Source of the DNA: Colwellia polaris | Lineage (GTDB): Archaea > Nanohalarchaeota > Nanosalinia > Nanosalinales > Nanosalinaceae | Length of the DNA: 17,394 nt | Assembly: GCA_047617785.1 (NCBI GenBank) | Contig: JBLGBK010000014.1 | Span: forward strand, 1 to 17,394 | Direction: 5' to 3' | Part shown: positions 7,401 through 13,975 of the stretch, piece after piece | How the letters are laid out: every line of letters starts with the position of its first letter | Numbering within the stretch: the first letter of the stretch is position 1 | The notes under the pieces: model-generated | What the model saw: the letters and a program-made list of their open reading frames with translations, nothing else | What the model was told of the DNA's origin: nothing | Database searches by the model: none | Made by a program: the position numbers and the translations under genes

Positions 7401-9389
7401 AACGTCAGTTTCGAAGAGGTCTCAGCATTGATAAGACATGAGAATGATAAACAGGTTTTCAATGTGAATACCTCTAGAGGAGAGATATCTGTAACCGGAG
7501 ACCACAGCGTCTTCGTAACAAAAGGAGGCGATATAGAGGCAAAGCCAGTCAGAGAGCTGGAGAAAGGAGACTGTATAGTTGTCCCCTCCAATCCTAATTT
7601 GAAGGCTGAAGGGCTTGATGATAAGATCGACCTTTTTGAGGTGCTGCCAGATGATGAATGCTATGTGAAGGTTCCTGAAGACGAGCTTAAGGAGATAGGC
7701 CCGCGGATTAAGACTGAGGCGGGGGAAAAGGTAACGAATGAGTATGGGCGACAAAATGTTTACAGGTACAGAACGGGTAGAAGAGATGCGCCTCTGGAGT
7801 TTTACAAAGATGTAGGGGTAGTGCCGTCATGCAAGGCCAGTTTGGGAGCGAATTCAGATCCTATTGACCGGTTTATCAAAAACTCTGGGGAGCTTTACCG
7901 CCTCTTAGGTTATCTGATGTCGGAAGGCGATCTCGACAGAGGCCGGATAACAAATACTGATGAAGAAGTAATTGAAGATATCGAACACTGCATCCGAGAT
8001 CTTACTGGTGTAGAACCGAGGACGGATGTTGACGATAGAGAGGGCAGAAAGAAGTGTTACTGGGTCGATACCCCGGCCACCCTAATGAGGGCTCTGGAAG
8101 AGTTAGGTCTTGAGAGAGAAAAGTTTGACGAGAAGATACCATCTTTCGTATTTGGTGCTGAGGAAGAGAAAATTAAAGAGTTCATCACGGCCTACAGAGC
8201 TGGTGATGGAAGTATCTGCGAGGAGAAAGGATGCTCCAAGCTGTACACGAAAAGCGGAGAGATGGCGACCCAGCTCGCTCTACTAGTTCGGAAACTCGGT
8301 TTCAAGTCATCTACGAGACAGGTAGATGAGGTGTGGGAGGTACTTTACTCGGAGTGGAGAGATAAAGATCCTTACTGGCCTCTTTGGGAGCTACTTGATG
8401 AAGAAAGAGGGATTTTGAAGGATAAGGAGTTCTCCTACGATGAGATCAAGCAAGAGTTCTCAAACGATAGGAAGAACGACAGAATGAAGACTGTGTCAAA
8501 GCAGAGAGTAGAGAGACTTTACAGTAAAGGCCTTGAATCTCTTGAGAAACCTGTCGAAGGAGATATATCTGTGGAGAGGGTCAAAGAGGTAGAAGAAGTT
8601 GATTACGGTGATGATTATGTATACGATCTTGAGGTACCTAGCAATCAGAACTTCCTCTGCGGACCTCATCCGATTTTCGCTCACAATACTATGGATGCAC
8701 CACTGATTTTATCCACGGTTTTGAACCCTGATGAAGTTGATGACGAGGCGTGGGCGATTGAAACAGTAAGTGAGTATCCTCTCAGCTTCTATGAGGAAAC
8801 AGAAGAGTACAAGTACCCGTGGGAGCTAGATACAGATATTGAGATAGGAGAAGATATCGTTCACAGTGATGAGCCGTTTACACATGGTTACACTCATGAA
8901 TCTGAGACTGTTGAGGATGCGCCAAATCAGTCTGAGTACGTTACGTTGGATGAGATGAGCGAGAAGACTCAAAGCCAGTTAGGTCTTGGTGAAAAGTTGA
9001 AGGCAGTTAATGAGAATGAGGTTGCAGAGCTTTTGCTTCAGAAGCACTTTATACCGGATATTAAAGGTAATTTGAGGAGCTTTTCGAAGCAGAAGATGCG
9101 TTGCGTTGACTGTAATGCTAAATTTCGGCGTGTGCCTATGACGAATCAGTCGATTGCACCGTCCGGAAAAGTAACTGCTAAGTGTCCGGAGGAGGACTGT
9201 GATGGTAAAGTTCTGCTGACAATTTCTGAAGGAACGATTAAAAAGTATATGCAGCCGTCTCAGGAGATTATCGATAAGTATGAGATTAATCCGTATGTGA
9301 GGCAGCAGATCTTGATACTTAACAAGACTCTTCAGAGTTTGTTTGGAAAGTCCAACCGCCAGAGCGGTTTGAAGCAGTTTACGTCCTAG
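4404..9389 (+). CDS. polC: DNA polymerase D large subunit DP2 precursor (intein-containing; about 1172 aa after splicing)
   Basis: GPIRSAGGTA, GGFRLRYG, GARMGRPEKA, catalytic AAKRRNSDGDED, MDAPL, GNLRSFSKQ, four central CxxC motifs, a C-terminal Zn finger and the terminal PIP-box QSGLKQF. Confidence 0.97.
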   Translation: MDTEEYFDSIRDQTDKAYDVAEKAREQSKDPEQRVDIPVAEDLPEKASSLVIAAQFPELEDQGVAERIRELEDEYGKNDERVAFQIGREIAQEKFYEFDDVERACDAGVRVGASYMTGGITTAPLEGIGDVKVRENSDGSEYLAIYYSGPIRSAGGTASAMSVLLADYVRIGVDLAPFKPSDTVVKRYAAEVDDYYTRVTAKQYYPEREETEMIAGNVPVEVTGSPTEQLDVTNYKDLERVETNQIRGGMCLVYLDGLPLKAPKIKKRIEKWGKEFGLEHWEWVEDYLELQEEIHSSGEDEEEDEEEEKYTPSDKFLGSMTAGRPVFGHPGKKGGFRLRYGHSRVNGLAATSVHPATMEITERFIATGTQLKTEYPMKGTVTTPTDSIHPPIVRLEDGSVVKVDTREHAREIESDVDEILFLGDMLVTYGEFVENGKRLLPSGYVDEWWEKELEQELERQEMELGRDFSDRAPSPEETFRISDALGIPIHPQWTYHWRETSAEKFKELYKSLRNDEFSDKAKRALEDILLPHKAEDGEFSIAEDHKVVLETLLALEEDNSNLLSAIENPEDIPEFIKQVSGYEVRTQVPHYVGARMGRPEKAERRTIDGKPQIMFPCGKKEGGRMRNLVAAYNNKMHKMSNMPNKNRGEVHQGIIHNKCAECGELTHFSYCTECGAHAEPVYFCRDCGNMYEEEPESCESCGHEVFNRYKRTNINVRDLMDKALENLDMRHPPELLKSVRGMSGKHKHVEPLEKGLLRQKHDLYVNKDGTVRYDATDIPMSHFKPKEISVSIERLKEQGYTEDIDGEPLEDEDQVVALKPQDIILPDGENTLTASDYFVRVANFIDDLLEQFYGIDSYYDVESKEDLVGTLVIGLAPHTSGGTVGRIIGFTEAKGIYAHPYWHAAKRRNSDGDEDAILLLMDGLLNFSRDFLPDMTGARSITKDTRLVIKKNGNIEAPRADELIDSVLDDEGFETRKDGFEVNRDFDETIEAVSFDEEGNVSFEEVSALIRHENDKQVFNVNTSRGEISVTGDHSVFVTKGGDIEAKPVRELEKGDCIVVPSNPNLKAEGLDDKIDLFEVLPDDECYVKVPEDELKEIGPRIKTEAGEKVTNEYGRQNVYRYRTGRRDAPLEFYKDVGVVPSCKASLGANSDPIDRFIKNSGELYRLLGYLMSEGDLDRGRITNTDEEVIEDIEHCIRDLTGVEPRTDVDDREGRKKCYWVDTPATLMRALEELGLEREKFDEKIPSFVFGAEEEKIKEFITAYRAGDGSICEEKGCSKLYTKSGEMATQLALLVRKLGFKSSTRQVDEVWEVLYSEWRDKDPYWPLWELLDEERGILKDKEFSYDEIKQEFSNDRKNDRMKTVSKQRVERLYSKGLESLEKPVEGDISVERVKEVEEVDYGDDYVYDLEVPSNQNFLCGPHPIFAHNTMDAPLILSTVLNPDEVDDEAWAIETVSEYPLSFYEETEEYKYPWELDTDIEIGEDIVHSDEPFTHGYTHESETVEDAPNQSEYVTLDEMSEKTQSQLGLGEKLKAVNENEVAELLLQKHFIPDIKGNLRSFSKQKMRCVDCNAKFRRVPMTNQSIAPSGKVTAKCPEEDCDGKVLLTISEGTIKKYMQPSQEIIDKYEINPYVRQQILILNKTLQSLFGKSNRQSGLKQFTS
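7221..8687 (+). mobile_element. Intein with LAGLIDADG homing endonuclease (489 aa, DP2 residues 940-1428)
   Basis: Block A SITKDTRLV (Ser1), block B VTGDHSVF, LAGLIDADG-like LLGYLMSEGD and FITAYRAGDGS, block F YVYDLEV, block G FAHN followed by Thr+1. Removal restores ...LPDMTGAR/TMDAPL... Confidence 0.95.
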
Positions 9390-9390
9390 A

Positions 9391-9413
9391 TTTTGTCTTC
9401 TAGGTTGAAGACA
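9391..9413 (+). terminator. Short hairpin/T-tract after DP2
   Basis: TTTT followed by the inverted repeat TGTCTTC-N6-GAAGACA (9394-9413), immediately after the stop codon. Confidence 0.3.
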
Positions 9414-9612
9414 GGTATTTGGCTAATATATTCAGTTTACTCCATATCCTTCCATTTTTTCTGGATCCTAGGGTGGTACTGTATTTCTCCACACTAGAGT
9501 AGTTGGAATTGTAGTTAACAAAAAGGCTTTTTTATCGGGGGACCTGGAATAGATGACGGAGGTATTCTTACCACAAGGTTAATCAGTCTGTCTCCATCTA
9601 CTCTTTCTTGTT

Positions 9613-10143
9613 ATGAAAGAAGAAGTTGAAATTAACGAAGTCATGACCGAAGGCGTCATAGCAATTGAACAAGACAGTAGTGTCGTCGAAGCCTCCAAGA
9701 AACTGCGTGAAGAAGGTATCAGAGGTTTAGTGGTTGTTGATGATGGCGAAGCTGTTGGAGTAGTCGTCTGCCGCGATATAACTTATGAAGTGGTTGCTAC
9801 ACAGAGAGATCCATCTGAGACAAAAGTTGAAGATATAATGAGCACTGATCTAATCGTCGCAGAGGAAGATGAATACCTTGACGACGTTGCAATGGCAATG
9901 GCAAAGAACAATATCTCTCGTGTACCTGTAGTACGCGGAGAAATGCTTGTCGGAATCCTTACACAGTCAGATATTCTGCGCGCATGGCCTGGATTCGCAG
10001 AAATCATGGGAGAAGAGATAGAGATGAATGAAGAAGCAATTCCGAATGTAGAGACTCAGAGCGGAGAATGTGAAAGCTGTGAGAACTACAGTGAGGAACT
10101 TATCGAGACGAACGGCATGTTTCTCTGTCCAGAGTGTAGATAA
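9613..10143 (+). CDS. CBS-pair protein with C-terminal zinc ribbon
   Basis: Two CBS repeats (VMTEGVIAI...LVVVDDGEAVGVV; DIMSTDLIV...RVPVVRGEMLVGILTQSDI) and C-terminal CESC...CPEC. Confidence 0.9.
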   Translation: MKEEVEINEVMTEGVIAIEQDSSVVEASKKLREEGIRGLVVVDDGEAVGVVVCRDITYEVVATQRDPSETKVEDIMSTDLIVAEEDEYLDDVAMAMAKNNISRVPVVRGEMLVGILTQSDILRAWPGFAEIMGEEIEMNEEAIPNVETQSGECESCENYSEELIETNGMFLCPECR

Positions 10144-10227
10144 ACGCACGCTCTTCCTTTCTATTTCTATTTTACCTGTTTAGCCTGTCGAAACTGTTTT
10201 AACCACAAGAACTCTAATTTACAGCTT

Positions 10228-10659
10228 GTGAAAGGACTGTTCGTCGACAGCACTTACAAACTAAGTCAGGGAATGACAGATTTCGGCTACTACATTGATG
10301 GCAATTCTAATCCGAGTTCCGCCGATGATCTAGAGGAGATGGTTGATAACGATGAGGCTTACTTCGTTGAGATTTTCCCGATACAAAATCAGGGCGTCCA
10401 TATCCGACTGACTTCGGAGAACAGAAGCCATACATCGGAACTTAAGGAGGAGATAGGTTTTCGAAGCAGAGGTCTTAACAGCACGCTTTACAAGTCAACA
10501 GGAACTCCTGTTAGACCAAGCTCCCATGATGGTGAGAATAAGAAAGATGAATCTATCGCAGCCTTCGCCGAGTACACGCTTGAAAACGCTGATAATAAGG
10601 GTCTAGAGGCCGAAAATTTTGAACTGGATGAATTGCTTGATTACGGAACAGATTTCTAG
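10228..10659 (+). CDS. Hypothetical acidic protein
   Basis: 143-aa ORF fills the gap between genes, with acidic composition like its neighbours. GTG start with TTTTAA ~25-30 nt upstream. No family recognised. Confidence 0.6.
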   Translation: MKGLFVDSTYKLSQGMTDFGYYIDGNSNPSSADDLEEMVDNDEAYFVEIFPIQNQGVHIRLTSENRSHTSELKEEIGFRSRGLNSTLYKSTGTPVRPSSHDGENKKDESIAAFAEYTLENADNKGLEAENFELDELLDYGTDF

Positions 10660-10710
10660 GCGACTACATGCTTTTTTATCATAGCTTTCTAATTTAACCA
10701 GTGTAACGCT

Positions 10711-11157
10711 ATGGAGATAGAAGAGGAGGTAACTCGCAGACGCCAGACTATAGAACTGGAAGATCCTAATCAAGCTTATGCAGAGCTGCGAGATCTTCTA
10801 TCTACGCGAATGAGCTTTGATCATGTTTCAGAGGAGAAGTACTTCAACGACGTTGATGAAGGTGTTATACGTGCAAGAGTCGAAACCATTGAAGCATTCG
10901 ATCGTTACAGCAAAGAAGAGCTCGAGTTATACCTCAAAATCGATAAGAACAAAGGCGAGATGGATCTCCAGATTAAAGGCATTATAATAACAGAATATCC
11001 AGAGAGCTACAGCTATCAGAAATCACTTTGGTACTATGCATACCGCTCATTGTTCGATAAATTCCTTTATGGAGAAGTAAGGCACGGATACATACCCGCA
11101 GTAGAGGAAAAAACAGATCAGGTTATGGAAAGAGTCCGTGACCTGCTTGAAAGGTGA
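10711..11157 (+). CDS. Protein of unknown function, paralog 1 of 3
   Basis: 148 aa. Shares sequence blocks with the next two ORFs (YAELRDLL..FDHVSE, ITEYP, YQKSLWY). T-rich TATA-like sequence upstream. Confidence 0.85.
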   Translation: MEIEEEVTRRRQTIELEDPNQAYAELRDLLSTRMSFDHVSEEKYFNDVDEGVIRARVETIEAFDRYSKEELELYLKIDKNKGEMDLQIKGIIITEYPESYSYQKSLWYYAYRSLFDKFLYGEVRHGYIPAVEEKTDQVMERVRDLLER

Positions 11158-11165
11158 GAAACCAA

Positions 11166-11786
11166 ATGACAGAGTTCTCAGAAGACGTTATATCCAAATC
11201 AGATCATTTTTTCGTCGAGGAGGATGCAGCGCGGATATATAGAGATCTAAAGGATGTGCTAGTAGAGGAACTAGGTATTGATCGTGTTGAAGAGGCACGC
11301 ATGGAGTTTTCAACATCAAGCGCAAAGGATAAGATCCGTATGCATGCCTGGAAGGAGAAAAGCCGACATACTGTTCTATATTTCAATCTTTCATGGCGTT
11401 GTAAGACACCAAGGCATATTTACCAGTCTCAGAGAGCTAAAGATGTGCTTAAGGCACGTGTCAAGACCAAGGCCAAAGTTTTGACTACTTATCCTGGTGG
11501 AGAGGCAATTCCATGGTTGCCAGAACATGTTACAGATACACCGCAGAAGAGAATCCCTGAGAACTATATGAGACCAGAAGATACGTCTATGTTCCAGAAC
11601 TCCAAATTCTACGATATACTGACCACTGTATGGTACAATACTTTTTACAGGAAAGAGATCGACCGTTATGAAGAGGAAGCGGAGGAAATGGTCCTGCACC
11701 TTCATAACCTGATGCGAGAAAAATTTGGTGTGGAAGAATCCATCACAAAATCAGGAGCCTCACAGTACACCCCACCTTGGCAGTGA
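11166..11786 (+). CDS. Protein of unknown function, paralog 2 of 3
   Basis: Preferred start is the ATG at 11166, because SD-like AGGTGA (11152-11157) overlaps the upstream stop. The GTG at 11154 is the alternative. Blocks IYRDLKDVL..IDRVEE, LTTYPGG, FQNSKFY. Confidence 0.85.
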   Translation: MTEFSEDVISKSDHFFVEEDAARIYRDLKDVLVEELGIDRVEEARMEFSTSSAKDKIRMHAWKEKSRHTVLYFNLSWRCKTPRHIYQSQRAKDVLKARVKTKAKVLTTYPGGEAIPWLPEHVTDTPQKRIPENYMRPEDTSMFQNSKFYDILTTVWYNTFYRKEIDRYEEEAEEMVLHLHNLMREKFGVEESITKSGASQYTPPWQ

Positions 11787-11792
11787 CACAAA

Positions 11793-12428
11793 ATGGGAGA
11801 TACACTCGATAGATTTCTTGGATGGTTCAAGACTCCGGATGGAAGCTGGGAGGACGACGATGTATGGCATGAATTCCCGCTTTTCCAAGAGGAGCAGGAA
11901 ATACACAACAAAGTTGAATGGTACGAAAGCCCGCACATTGTTGACATTTACAAAGACCACAAATACATCTTCAAGAACATAGATATGGGCCGCCCCTACG
12001 AAAAATATTATCAACAGTCAATAGGGGATGGAGGATTCCGTTCTAAGATGGATTCAGAATGCGAACTGCCTAGCGGCCTCGGAGAAATGAGAATAAGAAC
12101 GCGTATACGTACTAAAACACCTCCTTCGGGAGAAAACGATTTTGCACTTGTTGAATACTTTGTAAGGACGTATATAGACTACGATATACCTGGAGGTGTT
12201 GATAAGCTTCCGCGTTTCCTTGCTTACCCGCTTAACAGCTTTTTCAAGTGGGCTTACATGCGGTTTATCGCAGAGGAATTGATTGAGCATGACGGAGAGT
12301 TTGCCCGTGAGAAGATGTATTCTTATCTTGATTATCTGCGACAGTATCATGGAGAGGAGCCAGTTCAGGCAAAGTCGCGTCAGACGGTTTACGAGCCTAA
12401 TGAGGCAGAGAGAAAGTTCTTCATGTAA
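11793..12428 (+). CDS. Protein of unknown function, paralog 3 of 3
   Basis: Starts 6 nt after paralog 2. Blocks IYKDHKYIF, TKTP and DIPGG. C-terminal GEEPVQAKSRQTVYEP matches GVEESITKSGASQYTP of paralog 2. Confidence 0.85.
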   Translation: MGDTLDRFLGWFKTPDGSWEDDDVWHEFPLFQEEQEIHNKVEWYESPHIVDIYKDHKYIFKNIDMGRPYEKYYQQSIGDGGFRSKMDSECELPSGLGEMRIRTRIRTKTPPSGENDFALVEYFVRTYIDYDIPGGVDKLPRFLAYPLNSFFKWAYMRFIAEELIEHDGEFAREKMYSYLDYLRQYHGEEPVQAKSRQTVYEPNEAERKFFM

Positions 12429-12430
12429 AA

Positions 12431-12448
12431 CTTCTTTCTGCGTTTTTT
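12431..12448 (+). terminator. Pyrimidine/oligo-T terminator of the triad operon
   Basis: CTTCTTTCTGCGTTTTTT directly after the stop codon. Confidence 0.45.
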
Positions 12449-12487
12449 GTTAACTGGTAAAAAGTTAACGGCATAACTATTGTTTAT

Positions 12488-12591
12488 AGAGAATCTTTTG
12501 GCTGCCCTATTTCAAAGAAACGGTCAGTAGGCATGACCTTACGGGACTACCGGGAATGATTGCCTATGTTACCAGGGCAGCCAAATTCTCT
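12488..12591. ncRNA. Candidate structured RNA of unassigned family
   Basis: Perfect 12-bp inverted repeat TTTGGCTGCCCT (12497-12508) / AGGGCAGCCAAA (12574-12585), extendable by AGAGAA/TTCTCT. It encloses further helices and is GC-richer than its AT-rich intergenic flanks. Confidence 0.5.
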
Positions 12592-12621
12592 CTACTTTTC
12601 TACAAAAAGAAGTGATTTCTG

Positions 12622-12894
12622 ATGACAGAGTTCTACGTTAAGGTTGAACCGGACAGCGAGGAACAGTCAGTTAATACTTCAAGTTCCATTATCAACGTAA
12701 AGCTGGAACAGCCTGCGCAAATGGGAAGAGCCAACACCGAGCTCATCAACCTAATGCAGAATATTTTAGGGGAAAAACCAGGTCTGATATCCGGATATCA
12801 GTCTCGCCGGAAGAAACTGAAAACCAGTCTGGATGAAAACACGGTGAAACAAAGGTTAGAAGAATATGGCAAAGATAGCACAGAAGAACAGTAA
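12622..12894 (+). CDS. DUF167 (YggU/UPF0235) family protein
   Basis: 90 aa. Pattern VKVEP....KLEQPAQMGRAN.ELI.....LISG.QSRRK matches the family's V.P / P...GKAN / I..G..SR.K signature. Confidence 0.85.
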   Translation: MTEFYVKVEPDSEEQSVNTSSSIINVKLEQPAQMGRANTELINLMQNILGEKPGLISGYQSRRKKLKTSLDENTVKQRLEEYGKDSTEEQ

Positions 12895-13969
12895 ATACCT
12901 AGTTAAAGCACATGCAAAAGCCTCAGGAATAGTAGAGAAAGCCGATGTAATCGGAGCGCTTCATGGACAGACAGAAGGCCTGTTAGGCAACGACATGGAT
13001 CTAGCCGATCTACGTAAAAGAGGAAAGATCGGTCGGATGAATATAGAAGTGAACAAAGAAAACGGAAAGTCACATATTGATATTGAGATACCTTCCTCAC
13101 TTGATGCAGAGCAGACTTCAATCTTAGCAGCAAGCATAGAGACTGTTGAGAAAGTAGGACCGGCACACACAGATATACGTGTAGATGAGATAGTTGATGT
13201 TCGTAAATCAAAGAGAGATTATATTGTAAAGCGTTCAAAGCAGCTTCTTAACGAGATAAAGACAGATAAACCTGATATCGATCAGATAAGAGAAGAAATA
13301 CAGGATGAAGACCGTCAGCAGAGAGTTAAAGAATACAAAGGATTTAAGGCGGGAGAAAAAGCAGAAAATGCGGATGAAGTAATTCTTGTAGAGGGCGAAG
13401 CAGACCTCAAGAACCTTCTGTCAGTAGGTATTAGCAACGTAGTAGCCATCGGAGGAACCTCTGTACCGGACAACATAGTGGATATTGCAGAAGATAAAAA
13501 GGCTACTGCATTGCTTGACGGTGATAGAGGTGGCGACTTGATTCTAAAAGAGCTGGAGCAGAAAGCAGATATCGATTTCGTTGCAAGAGCTCCTGAAGAC
13601 ACAGAGATTGAAGATCTGAGCGAGAAACAATTGATGAGATCGGTACGCGATAAGGACAAGGTAGGATCCGCAGATCAGGATTTAGAAGTGCCTGAGGAGA
13701 ACAGCGCCGTTAAAGAATATCTGACAGAGATGATAGGTACCAGGGCAGTACACTTCTTGAACGAAGATCTAGAACCTGTGAGGAAGGCTCCAAGAGATAA
13801 CTTTGATGATGCTATTGAAGATATTGACGAAATTTACGCCGTAGCTATAGACGGTAAAATAACAAACAAGAAAATCCAGAAAGCTGAAGATATAGGCTCC
13901 GAATACTTTGCAGGTATGGAGCAAGGCGGCAACGCATCTTCAGGAGAACTTAGAGTTGTAACTCGGTAG
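12866..13969 (+). CDS. dnaG: Archaeal DnaG-type TOPRIM protein
   Basis: N-terminal GIVEKADVIGALHGQTEGLLG, GKIGR, PSSLD and VEKVGP. TOPRIM motifs ILVEGEAD and DGDRGG. Overlaps DUF167 by 29 nt. Confidence 0.93.
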   Translation: MAKIAQKNSKYLVKAHAKASGIVEKADVIGALHGQTEGLLGNDMDLADLRKRGKIGRMNIEVNKENGKSHIDIEIPSSLDAEQTSILAASIETVEKVGPAHTDIRVDEIVDVRKSKRDYIVKRSKQLLNEIKTDKPDIDQIREEIQDEDRQQRVKEYKGFKAGEKAENADEVILVEGEADLKNLLSVGISNVVAIGGTSVPDNIVDIAEDKKATALLDGDRGGDLILKELEQKADIDFVARAPEDTEIEDLSEKQLMRSVRDKDKVGSADQDLEVPEENSAVKEYLTEMIGTRAVHFLNEDLEPVRKAPRDNFDDAIEDIDEIYAVAIDGKITNKKIQKAEDIGSEYFAGMEQGGNASSGELRVVTR

Positions 13970-13975
13970 ACTACT

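Noticed and set aside
1210-8684. Antisense and alternate-frame ORFs over cdc6, DP1, HAD and DP2 (e.g. 7103-7591, 5140-5475, 7243-7431)
   Set aside because: Ser/Leu/Phe-rich shadows of acidic sense-strand codons, lying over well-supported genes, with no motifs.
9390-9612. Hidden gene or riboswitch in the 223-bp gap before the CBS gene
   Set aside because: Minus-strand frames give only short or stop-interrupted peptides. The possible hairpin TAGATG/CATCTA (9550-9600) is weak and overlaps the likely promoter. A decayed gene remnant cannot be excluded.
12497-12585. Structured element as tRNA, SRP RNA, 5S rRNA or hammerhead ribozyme
   Set aside because: No D or TpsiC arms despite the GGCTGCC...GGCAGCCA ends. 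The minus-strand CC-GTAA-GG tetraloop lacks the SRP helix-8 CAGG/AGCAG loop. GAAAC-stem-TA resembles hammerhead stem III, but the CUGANGA core position reads GGAATGA.
12497-12600. Structured element as a simple intrinsic terminator
   Set aside because: The enclosed region is 65 nt and itself structured, and the upstream operon already has a T-tract at 12431-12448.
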